64,000 nucleotides of DNA from Dimorphilus gyrociliatus. Its lineage: Eukaryota > Animalia > Annelida. The position numbers and the translations under genes were made by a program. A model generated the notes under the pieces. The model saw only the letters and a list, made by a program, of their open reading frames with translations, ran no database searches and was not told the origin of the DNA. The DNA lies in the NCBI GenBank assembly GCA_904063045.1, contig CAJFCJ010000005.1, forward strand, positions 4,183,689-4,247,688. The letters run 5' to 3'. Numbering within the stretch: position 1 is the first letter of the stretch; every line of letters starts with the position of its first letter. This document shows, piece by piece, positions 11,038 through 24,488 of this stretch.

Positions 11038-13014
11038 TTAATCTTTGGGGTCTTGGCATTGTTCACAAGTTCCCATTTCCTCAACATATTCTTCGATTTG
11101 GATAGTGCATTCATGCATATTATATCGTTCTTTGAGCATTTTTCCAGCTTTATATAAAACTTTTTGCGCATTTATGCCTTTATCTGTAGATATAAATAGT
11201 GAATTGAAAATCAGATACAAAAAAAGCCTAACATTAATACAATTTTTCTTTAAACTATTAATAATAAAGCAAAAATGTATATCTACTCTATGTTTATGTT
11301 TCAGCGGTTTAGATACGTTATAGAATAATTAAATTTCTTTTCAATTAAGCTATTACCTAATGCCAGGTGGACAGATACGGCAGTTTTATTCATAGTCAAG
11401 GACCATATTCTCATGTTGTGCAGCTCACGAACTCCTTCAATTTCGCACAGACTTCTTTTAACATCATTAAAATCTATCCCATGAGGCATACCCTCCATTA
11501 AGACATTGAGGGTATCACGTAATATAGTTATTGTTGTAATAAGAACCAGAATAGAAAAAAAAAATGTACAAATTGGATCAGCAATTTTCCATTCAGGCTA
11601 AAAGAGAAAAGACGTATAGAGGTTGTTAAGCTAATTACTGAAGTAAGAGCGGTTATATACCTTATAGTAAATGATAAATGCTGCAATAAGAATGCCAATA
11701 CTTTGAATGAAGTCACCAACGACGTGAATGAAGGCAGCTCTAACATTTATATTTTCTTTCTGGTAGGTATTACTACCTGAATCTGATGCTTCTAACGTAA
11801 CAATATGTCGGTTTTCTGCGCCCTCTCCTGCTTCGGATAAAAGAGGAATCTTAGAAGCTGTCTCTGAATTATTTTTTTGTGCACTCTTTTTGATGAGCCC
11901 TCCATGACTATGACCGTGATGAGAATGTCCATGGCTGGCGTCGTGTAAAGAACATCCCATTCTGTAAAAAACAACGATCCCAAGGGATTGTAAGTTAGGG
12001 ATAAAGGAATATATAATAATATATCTTATAGATGTAATTTAAAGTTATTTAGTATTACTACTTACATAATATTAAAAAATACTCCTAAACCTGACGTTAT
12101 AAGCATCACATTAGCATCTATCTCATAATCTCCAGACATTACTCTTTGGACTGCCATATACACTAGAATGCCAGTAACTACCCAAATTAACAATACTGAT
12201 ATCAAAGCTCCCATTACCTCAGCTCTATACCAACCAAAACTCATTTTTTTCGTAGCTGGTCTAGATGCCATGAATATTGCTACAATAGATATCATAAAAC
12301 TAGCAAAATCTGTAAGCAAATGAGCAGCATCTGTAGCAACTGCTAAACTGTTCGCTAATATTCCTCCGATAATTTCACATAGCATAAATATAAGACAAAG
12401 TATACTAGCTATAATCAGTTTCTTTCTTGCCTTTTTATCTAACAACTTTCCATTATTATTATCGTTATGACAGTGAGTACCATTTTCTGCATTGTGCGAA
12501 TTCGTTGTAAAGTTTCTTGTAACGCTGCCGTAATTTTCAGAGCTGTTTAAAAAAGATAATTACTGCACACGGTCTTTGACATGTTCGTCTGCATTTGCCA
12601 ATATCACCTAAATTCTACAGATTCAGCTGAATCTGTAACATGTGGCATCACCGTTCAATCTACGATATCAAATATATTAAGTTGGTTCCTTTAACCTTCA
12701 AGATACAATAGGTAACCCAGTTCAATATTTTATATTTAACTGACAATAAATATAAAAATTCAGGTATAGAACTTTTGCAATTTGCGACTGGGCAACCTGT
12801 TACATACCTCGATACTTTGGCATAAACAGAGTGATAAATTATGTAAATAGTTCATTTTAGGTGAAATACTTTATTTTAGTGAGATAAACATATGACTATT
12901 TCTCACACTGTACCTCCTTGTGTAGAGCAAACGATCATTTTCTCCGTCACTATTCCTGGTCGTACTTGATTGTGTATTCGTTTCCGAAAATGAGACGTCC
13001 GGGACTGATGACAT
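11038..13014 (-). CDS. SLC30A2: Vesicular zinc transporter of the ZnT2/3/4/8 group (SLC30A, CDF family)
   Basis: Proposed first exon from ATG 13014 (MSSVPDVSF...ENDRLLYTRR, phase 2) joins SENYG... near 12540. TM motifs AVATDAAHLLTDF and NVRAAFIHVVGD (HD-HD zinc site), His-rich loop HDASHGHSHHGHSHG, C-terminal MEGMP...ELHNMRIWSLT...TIQIE. Internal boundaries are approximate. Confidence 0.9.
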
Positions 13015-13996
13015 ATTAAATAATTACTACAAGTCACGCTTTGGCTCCTTGGTCAAAGGTAAAACTGAAACAAAGGGACGTGTGAATTTTAGAGCAGTGT
13101 GATTTTTTTGCACAAAGAACGTTTAGTTTTTTTTATTATCATTATATAAATTATAAGTGCCTTTTTTAATCCGTTGCACTAAATCATCAGCGCAAATTTA
13201 ATCAACTAATTCAACTATCTCAGCTACACAATTACCTATAAGTTTCAATGAATTTTTGCAATCATTCGACTCTTTCACTGTTAGGTTCTGCTATTTTCTA
13301 CGCATATATTGAGTATTTCTTCTCTACAATACGATATGTCAGTAAAGTTAATTGTATTCCGAGACACATACGCTATATACTCTGATTGTCTTAAGTACTT
13401 GAATATATCAATTACAAACTATTCTGTCCCTAATCAAACTTAATGTTACAGATACCTCTCTTTTGTTTGTAAAGAAATATTTCTATAAATTTCTCTTTTT
13501 CCGCTTTGAAAAATAACTCTTAGAATATTATAACAATGAATATTATAACAATAAATTCAATATTGAATCAATATTACAATCAGTTTTAATATACTATGTA
13601 AAAATGAAATGTTGGTGATCTAATTTTTCTTTTAGCCCATTTTATATTGTTAAGATACATTTGTTGATAGTATTGTAACTTTATGATAAAAGAAAACTGG
13701 ATACTGTTCAACATCAAATTTTAACAGTCATGCCACGTGAACATTTTGGCGCTTTTCCGCCATTAAATACAGTTAAATTGTTGTCTGGTTTTTGCTACAT
13801 AACTATTTATTATCGCTCATACAATTTTCCGATTAAATTACAAATATCACTTAAAAAAATTATTGCTATTTTCTTTTTGTATATAAATTGAGCTATTTCT
13901 ACTGAACCCTTACTGAAAATGTTATAAAATATATATTATGTATTTGATAAAATAATTCTGATTTTTAAATCCTTGTATAGATGGCGTTGACTGTAA

Positions 13997-14010
13997 ATTT
14001 CCATGGCAAT
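13997..14010. promoter_or_regulatory. RFX X-box-like palindrome ATTTCCATGGCAAT upstream of alpha-tubulin
   Basis: 12/14 match to GTTNCCATGGNAAC, 21 bp upstream of the TATA box. Confidence 0.55.
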
Positions 14011-14031
14011 ATGCTAATTTTTGGCTGTGCA

Positions 14032-14063
14032 TATAAAAGCGAGGCCGTCCATTTTCACTTCAC
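14032..14063 (+). promoter_or_regulatory. TATA box (TATAAAAG 14032-14039) and probable initiator of alpha-tubulin
   Basis: Canonical TATAAAAG with a pyrimidine-A-pyrimidine tract about 25-31 nt downstream; ATG at 14163. Confidence 0.7.
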
Positions 14064-14162
14064 CTTCTTGTCAGTAAACCACGGTGGTTGTTTGACAGGG
14101 TATTTTACATCGTTTTCAACGTTCAACTCGTTTTAAAAACCTTCAAAAACAAACTTATAATC

Positions 14163-15869
<1,707 letters not shown>

Positions 15870-16351
15870 ACGCCCGTTTGAGTTTAATTATTTCACCGTC
15901 AAAATGTAATCGAATACAGCATGATGATAAAAAAATTTTAAATTACCGATTTGTTAATTATTTAACGAAAGAAAATCGAAATTTGTTTTAGCGCAGTACT
16001 GTTTATTTAATTATGAAAAAAAACAAAATGGTAGCTAGGAGAATATATAAACAAAAAAAAGCATACAAATTCTGCCTGGCGAAAGGGGTTGATTAATTAA
16101 CTTGATAAATATCCTTTAGGGTTTTTTTTATGTAAACTACAGCGTGTTGTTTAGACGTATTTGATTACTATGTTTTCAAAACGAAGGTAATCACTCTTCC
16201 TTCTATTAGATATTATTTAAAGAGTGTCTAAAAATACTGAAATTTGCAAATCCAGTTGGTTTTGGGCGAAGTCCAATTCGGCCAGCTTTAATTTATCATC
16301 TTTATCTAACAAAGCTAACGTAGAAGAGCAATCAGCAAAGGTTAAATGCTA

Positions 16352-17437
16352 TCACTGAATTCCAATAAAGTGAGTAATAGGAGGGGCATCTTTCATAAGT
16401 CGCTGGTAATCTTGCATAAATGCGAAAAATCTCTCTGAATAGTCACTTTCGTGATAGGGTAAATTATTCTCTTTCATATACTCCTTTACTAAGGGCTTTA
16501 TGCGAAAGCACATTGAATCGGAGAGCTTGGGAAAGAGGTGATGCTCCACATGACAGTCGATTAGTGCCGGTCCGAATACTAGGTCTAATATAAGATTTTT
16601 GCGAAGATTTAGAACACCCGTAGACATCTGATAAACTCTTGGAGGCCTTGCCTCATTAGAGTACATAGGAAGGCCTATATGCTGGAATATGTTGATATGT
16701 ATATAGGGAACAGTAAATACGCTTTTGCTGGCGAATATCAAGAATAAGCAAGCCGCAATGCTGTAGCCAAAATAGTATAGAGGAAGGAAATGAGCAACCA
16801 AGCCTAGGGTTGACCATAATAGATACTGGAGGACATAGCCAAACTTTCTCTCAACTATTAACCCGACCAAACCGAATACTGGTGTAAGAACTGGCAGTAG
16901 AAATGGAGCAAAAAGCATATATACAATTTTTGGCAGAGCTGGCACTTTCCATATACTTGAATCTCCCAAATCTATGATATTGGTGTGGGGATGATGCAAC
17001 ACGATATGAGCGTCGTAGACGAGACATGTTGGAAAATTGCCAAAGAATTGTACCAGAATATCGGCCAATAGTTTGTTAATTGACTTGCTTTGGGTGAGAG
17101 CTCCGTGGACGGCTAAATGACCAAATCTCTGCGATAGTCCGGCATAGGCGAACCCTCCTATCAGAGTTCCACCAATAATATTAACCAAATTCGAAGAGCA
17201 TTGCATATAAATACAAGTTGGAAAGAGTAATAGCATAATTCCAATCATCTGCCATTCTCTTCCGTAGCGTTCATACCAAGACGCTGACCGTACTACCTTT
17301 TGAACCTTGTCGTTAAGCAAGGAAAAAGACGGCAAGGTTTTGACATTTACTCGATCATATACAATCTTATTCTTTGTTTTCTCGTCAACATCTCCATTGG
17401 ATTTTTCACCTTTTTCTTTATTTCTAAAATACACCAT
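16352..17437 (-). CDS. FADS6: Fatty acid desaturase 6-like (no cytochrome b5 domain), single-exon ORF, 361 aa
   Basis: Three His boxes HLAVH, HIVLHH, HVEHH. Segments LGDSSIWK, HINIFQHIGLPM, GVLNL, HHLFPKLSD and APPIT match recalled FADS6. Confidence 0.92.
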   Translation of the reverse strand: MVYFRNKEKGEKSNGDVDEKTKNKIVYDRVNVKTLPSFSLLNDKVQKVVRSASWYERYGREWQMIGIMLLLFPTCIYMQCSSNLVNIIGGTLIGGFAYAGLSQRFGHLAVHGALTQSKSINKLLADILVQFFGNFPTCLVYDAHIVLHHPHTNIIDLGDSSIWKVPALPKIVYMLFAPFLLPVLTPVFGLVGLIVERKFGYVLQYLLWSTLGLVAHFLPLYYFGYSIAACLFLIFASKSVFTVPYIHINIFQHIGLPMYSNEARPPRVYQMSTGVLNLRKNLILDLVFGPALIDCHVEHHLFPKLSDSMCFRIKPLVKEYMKENNLPYHESDYSERFFAFMQDYQRLMKDAPPITHFIGIQ

Positions 17438-19722
17438 CTTTCAGCCCTTTCAATCAAAAAATAAAAGGTTAAAATAACGATTTATCACCGTTCTTCCTAC
17501 CTACCTCCTTTACCGCTTTTTGTTGTTATTGTCTTGTACACTTTAGTTTTCAATTTGTAAGATAGATGGCGTTAGCAAACAGTTTACAAAATTTTTTTCT
17601 ACTACATTATGATAGCAGATTGACGATTGAACATATTTTCCAGTTGACGTTGTTTTGTACTAACAATTATTATTATTATTATTCTTTATACGTGTTTTCT
17701 GGTATTATTATGTAAAATAATATCAACATAAACAGTATATATATATATATATATGTATGTAATCTTTTTATCTAATTAGTACTGAATGATTATTGAGGTC
17801 AATTATGAAAAGTTGATTTTTCAAACCATATAAAAAAAGAGAGTAGGTCAAAGAGTAAAACAATACAAAACGTCTCAGTCCATTGGTCGATGATTTAGCG
17901 TTATAGAGTTTAGAAATGTAACTAAAGAAGAGAAGTAGTTAAAACAAACATCGGAACGTTTAAAAGGTCTTTTTTAAAGAAGTTATCATAAACATATAGG
18001 CCTTTTCCTTAGGGTATTTTTCTAACTGTTTTGAATGGAATAGAAACGAAGGTTTTAAACGGAAAGACGATGGAAAGTGTATGAGAGAGAGAGAGAGCGA
18101 GAGAAGAAGGGAAAAGAGAAAAGATTGAATGAGCAACAGCCGAATTATGATGAGGAGTACGTGTAGATAGTATCAACATGAAAATTCATTATAAATAGCT
18201 TTTTTTATGTAAAAGAAAAATTTTAAAGCGAAAAGTATAATTATTATAGAAAGAGAAAGGAACAAAGGGTGGAAGCGGCAAAGATACGCGCAACACGCGT
18301 GCCGTGTCCGTTAAATAGAGAGATATTCGCGAAGGTGCATATAATGTTAAACAAACTCGGGCAAAGTCGGTAAGAATAAAGAATAATCCGGTGAAAGCTT
18401 ATAGCGAAGAAACGAGTCAAGCTCTTTTAAGTGAGATGACGTCAAAAAAGAGAGCTCCTCCTCTCACAATCGGGACAAGATCTTTAATTAAAGCAAATTG
18501 CCCATATGAATATTTTGTCTTGTTTGTTATTAAGAAGCTAATTCTCATTAACAGAATAAATAGATATAGAAATAATATCTTAAGATAGTTGAAACCACCA
18601 GATGGTGCTATGTTAAGTTTATTAAATAGAAGTTCTTTGATATTTAGATAAAATAGGTAATATAACATCATAATTTTCTTATATTATCACCCTATCTTCC
18701 TTTTATCCAGAATCAAAAAATTGATATACCAGTTTCTCCTTAATCTAATAGGTTTAATAAAGAGGATAGAAGAAAGAATGAGACGGAGAGAGAGAGAGAA
18801 AGAGGGAAAACAGAAATAAAAGATTTAATCAAGTACGAAGCTCCAACATGAATTAAAAAAATTTAGTTTCCGTCTCATTTACTTGCAGTTTCCGAGAGGT
18901 AGATTTTTTTTAATATCTCTATCCTCTTTTACTTATTCCATCTCTCTCTCTCTCTCTCTGTCTACCTATCTCCATTCTCTTTTACTTTTATAATAATTTT
19001 ATTTACGAAAAATGAAACGTTGCGTTAAATAAAACAAACGTAGCGTTTTTTTTTTGTTTTTATACCGCATTTATTCTGCTTCTATGAAATGCTTTTTCGT
19101 ATTTTGGAAAGAGAATATGAGAGAGTTGGAGAGAAAGAGAGACAGAGGAAAAAGATATCTCTACTATCTCTACGGACAAATGGAACTGGATTAGAGTTAA
19201 GACATCAGAAAGAGATAAATGTTTATAGTTACATTTTAGTTTTCTTTTTTCCCTTTGCTAATCGAAGCAAGTAAATAACAATTTTTTTGAATAATTGAAT
19301 GACAAACAAGCCAAATAGAGACATCTAGAACATATTTTTATTCAAATAATATAGGAACTTTTTATCCTTCAAAGTATATATATGTACATGTATATATAAA
19401 TTAATGTTAAGCACAGTGATACGCAACGTATAAGACATTGGAGAGAAGAAACATAATTTATGCAAATTAGGCTTATTTAGATATATATAAAAGTTTCTAT
19501 GGATAGGGAAGAGAAAGAGAGAGATGTAGAGAATATTTATGTTGGATATGTTGGATATAGGAACATATAAAAACATTCACATAAAAAAATAAGACCGTTG
19601 ACGCCTATATAGACAAGCAGACCTATAAACGCGACGTTCATCAAATGATACCGCAAAAGTGACTAGGCACGAAGCTGCACAAATGTCGTGTGATTAGAAA
19701 AAGAGAACGACATGAACGCCAC

Positions 19723-20646
19723 CTACAAAGTCGAATTGGCATGCACTTTCATATGCCTGTTCAAATTTCCACTTTGCGAAAACCTGAGCAAACATAACTT
19801 GCACTGATAAGGTTTTTCTCCGGAATGAATTCGTAAGTGTTTTGTGAGCGTCGACGAATCCGAAAAAGCCTTCTTGCACAATCGGCATCTATAGGGTCTT
19901 TCGCCAGAATGCGTACGCATGTGCGTAGTAACAGACGAACTTTGCGAAAATCGACGTTCACAAACTGGGCATTTAAAAGGTTTTTCTCCAGAATGAGTTC
20001 TCATGTGAGCAGTTAGATTAGCCGCTTGAGAAAATGACTTACTACATGTAGAGCATCTAAACGGTTTTTCACCAGAATGAGTTCTCATATGCGTCTTTAA
20101 AGTCGATGGTCTAGCGTACGTTTTCCCACATATTCTACATAAATTAACTTTTCCCTCGTTTAAATGGGTCATTGGTCTGGGTCGTCTATTGGTGCCCGAC
20201 GACGATGCGGAGGTGGGATAGAACTTATCGGATGGTCTAAAATACGAGGAGGTCGTGTATGAGGGTGCTTGGTAGGCGGCAGAGTGATGATGATGATGAT
20301 GGTGGTGATAATACTGTTCAGCCCACGGTTGTTCACCTCCGCTTCCAACTCCAACATTCATAGACATTGAAACGTTTACCGACATTGCAGGGACGTTTTG
20401 AAAATCTGTTTGATTTACCGGTGACGGATGGTAATAGGGTGGAGGAGAGGGTGGGTGGACAACCGTATGATGCTTGAGAGAAAGGAGAGCGTCCGCAATA
20501 TCCCTACCGGATTCCGTTTTAGGCGGAGGAGCGTAGGGGTTGAACGCAAAAAAATGATCCATTTCCGTTCCACTCGATGGGGCATAATCTGGAGGTCGCC
20601 AGACATCGGTGTAAGTCGGATTGTTTGGTATGTAAGATTGTTCCAT
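19723..20646 (-). CDS. gl: Glass-like C2H2 zinc-finger transcription factor (5 fingers), 307 aa
   Basis: Finger array [19 protein letters not shown]...SQAANLTAH...SQSSSVTTH...SDSSTLTKH...[19 protein letters not shown] is nearly identical to recalled Drosophila Glass. Poly-His tract. An acceptor 7 nt before the ATG (20654) implies upstream exon(s). Confidence 0.93.
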   Translation of the reverse strand: MEQSYIPNNPTYTDVWRPPDYAPSSGTEMDHFFAFNPYAPPPKTESGRDIADALLSLKHHTVVHPPSPPPYYHPSPVNQTDFQNVPAMSVNVSMSMNVGVGSGGEQPWAEQYYHHHHHHHHSAAYQAPSYTTSSYFRPSDKFYPTSASSSGTNRRPRPMTHLNEGKVNLCRICGKTYARPSTLKTHMRTHSGEKPFRCSTCSKSFSQAANLTAHMRTHSGEKPFKCPVCERRFSQSSSVTTHMRTHSGERPYRCRLCKKAFSDSSTLTKHLRIHSGEKPYQCKLCLLRFSQSGNLNRHMKVHANSTL

Positions 20647-21252
20647 TTCGATTCTAAAGTATCAAGAAAAAAATTATATAAAATTTCTCATTAATTATTT
20701 CAAAATGGCGGGAACTTGTTTTTTTTTGACAAACGTACGCAGATTAACGAATAATGAGTACTACTACGTTATATTACAAATTATATATGTAACATGTAGG
20801 ATACTCTTCATCCTATAGCTATAAAAGGCCAAATAATAAATATATTTTAACCTACTTTTTCATTTCTTTATCCTTTAAAGTAACATAAAGAAAAAAAGAG
20901 AAAGACAAGAAGAGAAAAAGAAGGAATAAATTAATAACAAAGACAATCTTTATTTTGAAATTATCGTTGTTTTTCCTTTTACTTTTATCTTTACAAACTT
21001 ACATAACAAATTTTAAAGAAAAAGCTAATTTTTCAACACTTTCAATGAAAATCAAGTTTTTCCTCAGGCGTTACACGGGCTACAATACGGTTTTCGCTTC
21101 TCTTTCATTCTCTCACTTACTTTTTATTGTTTTTATTTAAATATGTATCTATATATCTCTTTCTGTTCTTCTCTCTCTCACTCTCACTTTCCCTCAAACC
21201 CAGTCACTCTCTTTCTCTATTTCATTTTCATTCCTCTTTTCCTGTTTGCTCT

Positions 21253-21255
<3 letters not shown>

Positions 21256-21312
<57 letters not shown>
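21256..21312. repeat. (CT)n microsatellite
   Basis: About 28 perfect CT units. Confidence 0.95.
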
Positions 21313-21314
<2 letters not shown>

Positions 21315-22016
21315 ATTTGTTTTTTGTTCTCAAAGTTAAGTTATATCAGCTGAAAGATGAGTTATTAACAAAAAATAAAATATAGTTTACTTTTCTGACG
21401 ATTCTCGTTGCCTAAGAGTTTTTTATGTCTTTATCGTTGGAGAGAGTGAGTACGTTTAAAGATGAATACATCGGAGCTTCTCTGCATATATCTGTATTCC
21501 AGTAGAACGTTTTTTTTTGCTTTGCTTTTTGTTTTATTTGCTCTGCGAATTTTTTTTTTTTACTTTAGATTTTTGCTTCTCTTTTGTTTTTTTTTCACTT
21601 TTAAGGAAGAAGTTTTATTCGTCGTTGTATCAAAATCATCTCTATTTTCGTATATAGGCAGTAATAAATGATTTTCACATCCTTTAAAGATTTAAAAGTC
21701 TCCAAAATGATAAAATTTCATGAGAAACGTATCGGAAAGTGCTTTTTTGATGATTTTTCTCAGAGAAAAGCGTCTCTAGGATTCTGGAACTTCACAAACT
21801 GGTACCTGAAATTTACGTCGCCAAGGCGAATCGAAAAACAACTCATGACAAACTGCGGATGAGCAACCCTACACAGTATTTTTATAGGCCTTATATAGAG
21901 CAGCAATAACTGGGCTTCACTTATCATAGAAAGTAAACGCGTATATAAGACATCATTCTTTTGGCTTTGCAACACAATTAGCAAAACCATACAAACAGGA
22001 ATAAAAGCAGACTTAC

Positions 22017-22319
22017 CTTGCTCTATTAACACGAACTGTCCAGGCGCAGGTGCAAACAAACTAATAGAAATAAGACGGAGGGGTGGGAACTCGAAGATGA
22101 TTGGCCGAATAATTCAGTTATTTTTGTATGATTGACGGCTACTAAACAGTAGTAATCTAACAGCAAAGGGGCGTGTCAAATGGAGATGACGGACGGTCGA
22201 CATCCTATTAGGATTAAGTAATATCCCGAAGGCGCGTTTCGCGACCGACCGAACGTTCGAGTGGCACGCGACACAAAGAGTATATTTATACAATACACTT
22301 CGCAAAACACATGACGTCA
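22017..22319 (-). promoter_or_regulatory. Probable glass promoter and leader exon
   Basis: Strong minus-strand donor AAG|GTAAGT at 22017/22016, CCAAT at 22104-22100, TATAAATA at 22290-22283, CRE palindrome TGACGTCA at 22312-22319. Could splice to the acceptor at 20654. Confidence 0.4.
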
Positions 22320-24488
22320 TCACAAGCGTAGGACCGCCAAATCTGATGTGTCAGAGGAACTAAGGTGAAATTTGAGCAAAGATGACGGTCGACGCACGAC
22401 GCAATTACTTCTTGTCACTTGTTTTTACTCATTTAGTTACGTATTCATACGGTACTCTACCGTATTTTGATACGGAAATTAATGTTGTAAAATAGGGAGG
22501 GGGAGGAGGAGAATGAAAAGAGAAAAAAAGCAAATAAAACGGTGTTAAATTACCCGAACGAAATATTACGCAATGACTCAACAACGATCCGCAAGGAAAA
22601 CAGTTTTTTGTCATTTGCGCTTCGATTAGGCTTAAAGTATCTACAGGTGGATGATCTCAACAAGCTGCCAAACTTTACTGACACGACAGTGCCTGCTAGC
22701 ATGAAATTTGAGATTCATCCCATGAATTAATCGTCCACCGTTTTTTGTTTCCAACCAGGTGCGTAGATCAAAAGCTAACTGATTAAGATACTATTTACAG
22801 ATAAGACTCGTTCCCATTATTTTCCGCTTCCTTTGCAGTAGCCCTACCGCAACACCGACGATCGTGCCGCCGACAATCGAATGGTTAGGAAGGCAAGCCG
22901 AGATGAAAGGGAGTCGGTTGCATAACTTGCTCGTTCGCTTATAAAAATGTCCGTTGGCCGTTGTTTCGAGTAAATAGTCGAGTTACTTCAAAGAGACGGC
23001 TGGGCCGGAAGCGCGAAAGCGTCGCGTTATCTGATACTCATCCGCGTCGTCTAGAGTATTGATAAACTCTTGGATTAATAAGAATTATATGCTAGGATTA
23101 TCGCGCGTAGCGTGGGAAGGCGACTATATAAAAATAAGACAACTATTCTTAATGATTTATTCATATATCTTAAAGATTTTAAATTTTATCCCGCCTCTCT
23201 CTCCTCCTTCTATCGTTACATTAGTTGCGTAACTACTCTTTACTCTTTTGATAAATTTTAGAGACGCCGTTTTCGTTAATCCTATTTAAATCTACACTTT
23301 ACAAAATTACTTCTTTTGTTATTATATGTTTTATCGAAAATGTTTGCTTTTCTCTTTTGCACATAGATACTTTTCTTTCTTTCTTTTTCTTTAACAAATT
23401 TTAGACGCCTCTCATTTTTCCTCCGCAATTATTCTGTACACTTGTCCCGAGGATATAGAGAAACAGAGAGGGGACGACTGCAGCGAATGAACGACCGTTC
23501 AGTTAACAGGTTTAGATTACAATTGAGCTTAACCTTTGACAACCGTGAACGCATCACTTAATTATACGTGAAAGAGAGATGTATCGCTTGTATTGTTCAA
23601 TCAATCAATTATTTCATTCGTCCATCAGTAAGAGGAGAGGAGAGGAGAGTATCTAAACAGAATTTCAAAGAGTAGAAACAGATTGAATGCGTGCGTAATA
23701 CAGCTAAAAGTCACTCGACAAAATGTCACATATAGGTATTTAAGTTAAGTGTTCAAACAACGATGTTGTCCATTTTAAATGGGTTCAAGTAGTCGACTAA
23801 GAATTTCTTATTTTCCATCAACATTCCTTTTCTTTTCCATGGAATAAAAATCTCTCTCTCTCTTTTCTTCTCTCTTCACTTCATCATTAAAAAAAATTTA
23901 ATTTAAAAGCAGAAGAAAGCCTCGGCTCAAATCGTAAAGTTATTAAATTAATTGTATTAGTAAAATTTCCAACCTGACCAGAAACCTCATCAAGGTGAAT
24001 GAATCTACTTGATAAAACATTCATAGGTTTTCTTATCTTAAGCACAAAAATTAACAGACTATTTTTTTTAAATATAGTTTTATTACTCTATTTTTCTACT
24101 TTTTCCGTTTTTATATCGTCTCCTCTTCATTTTTGCTTGTTTGTTCTTGTTTGTATAAAGAGGTAAGAGGAACTTGATAAGTTGCCTTCTTTCTTTCTTT
24201 CGTTTATTGTTACCCTTATTCCTTTTGTTCTATTATATATCTATTTATTTAATTAATGAACTTATTACTGTATATATTATCAATATTGTGACTCTGAATG
24301 TCATATTTATTCGCTACATCGCTACCTTCTCCCTTCTGTTGTTGTCAGCGACATCTTCAGGAATTCGGCTTCGTTCAATGTATATTGTACACACTCTATT
24401 GGCTAATTGTGTAAATAAACATTTAGGGACAAATAGACTAGTTTCAAGTTTAATGGAGCAATAAAATAATCGTTAATAATCTGTAAAC

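Noticed and set aside
18595-18612. Minus-strand TAGCACCAT resembling the miR-29 seed region
   Set aside because: No pre-miRNA hairpin and the 3' part does not match; better explained as a CTCF-like site.
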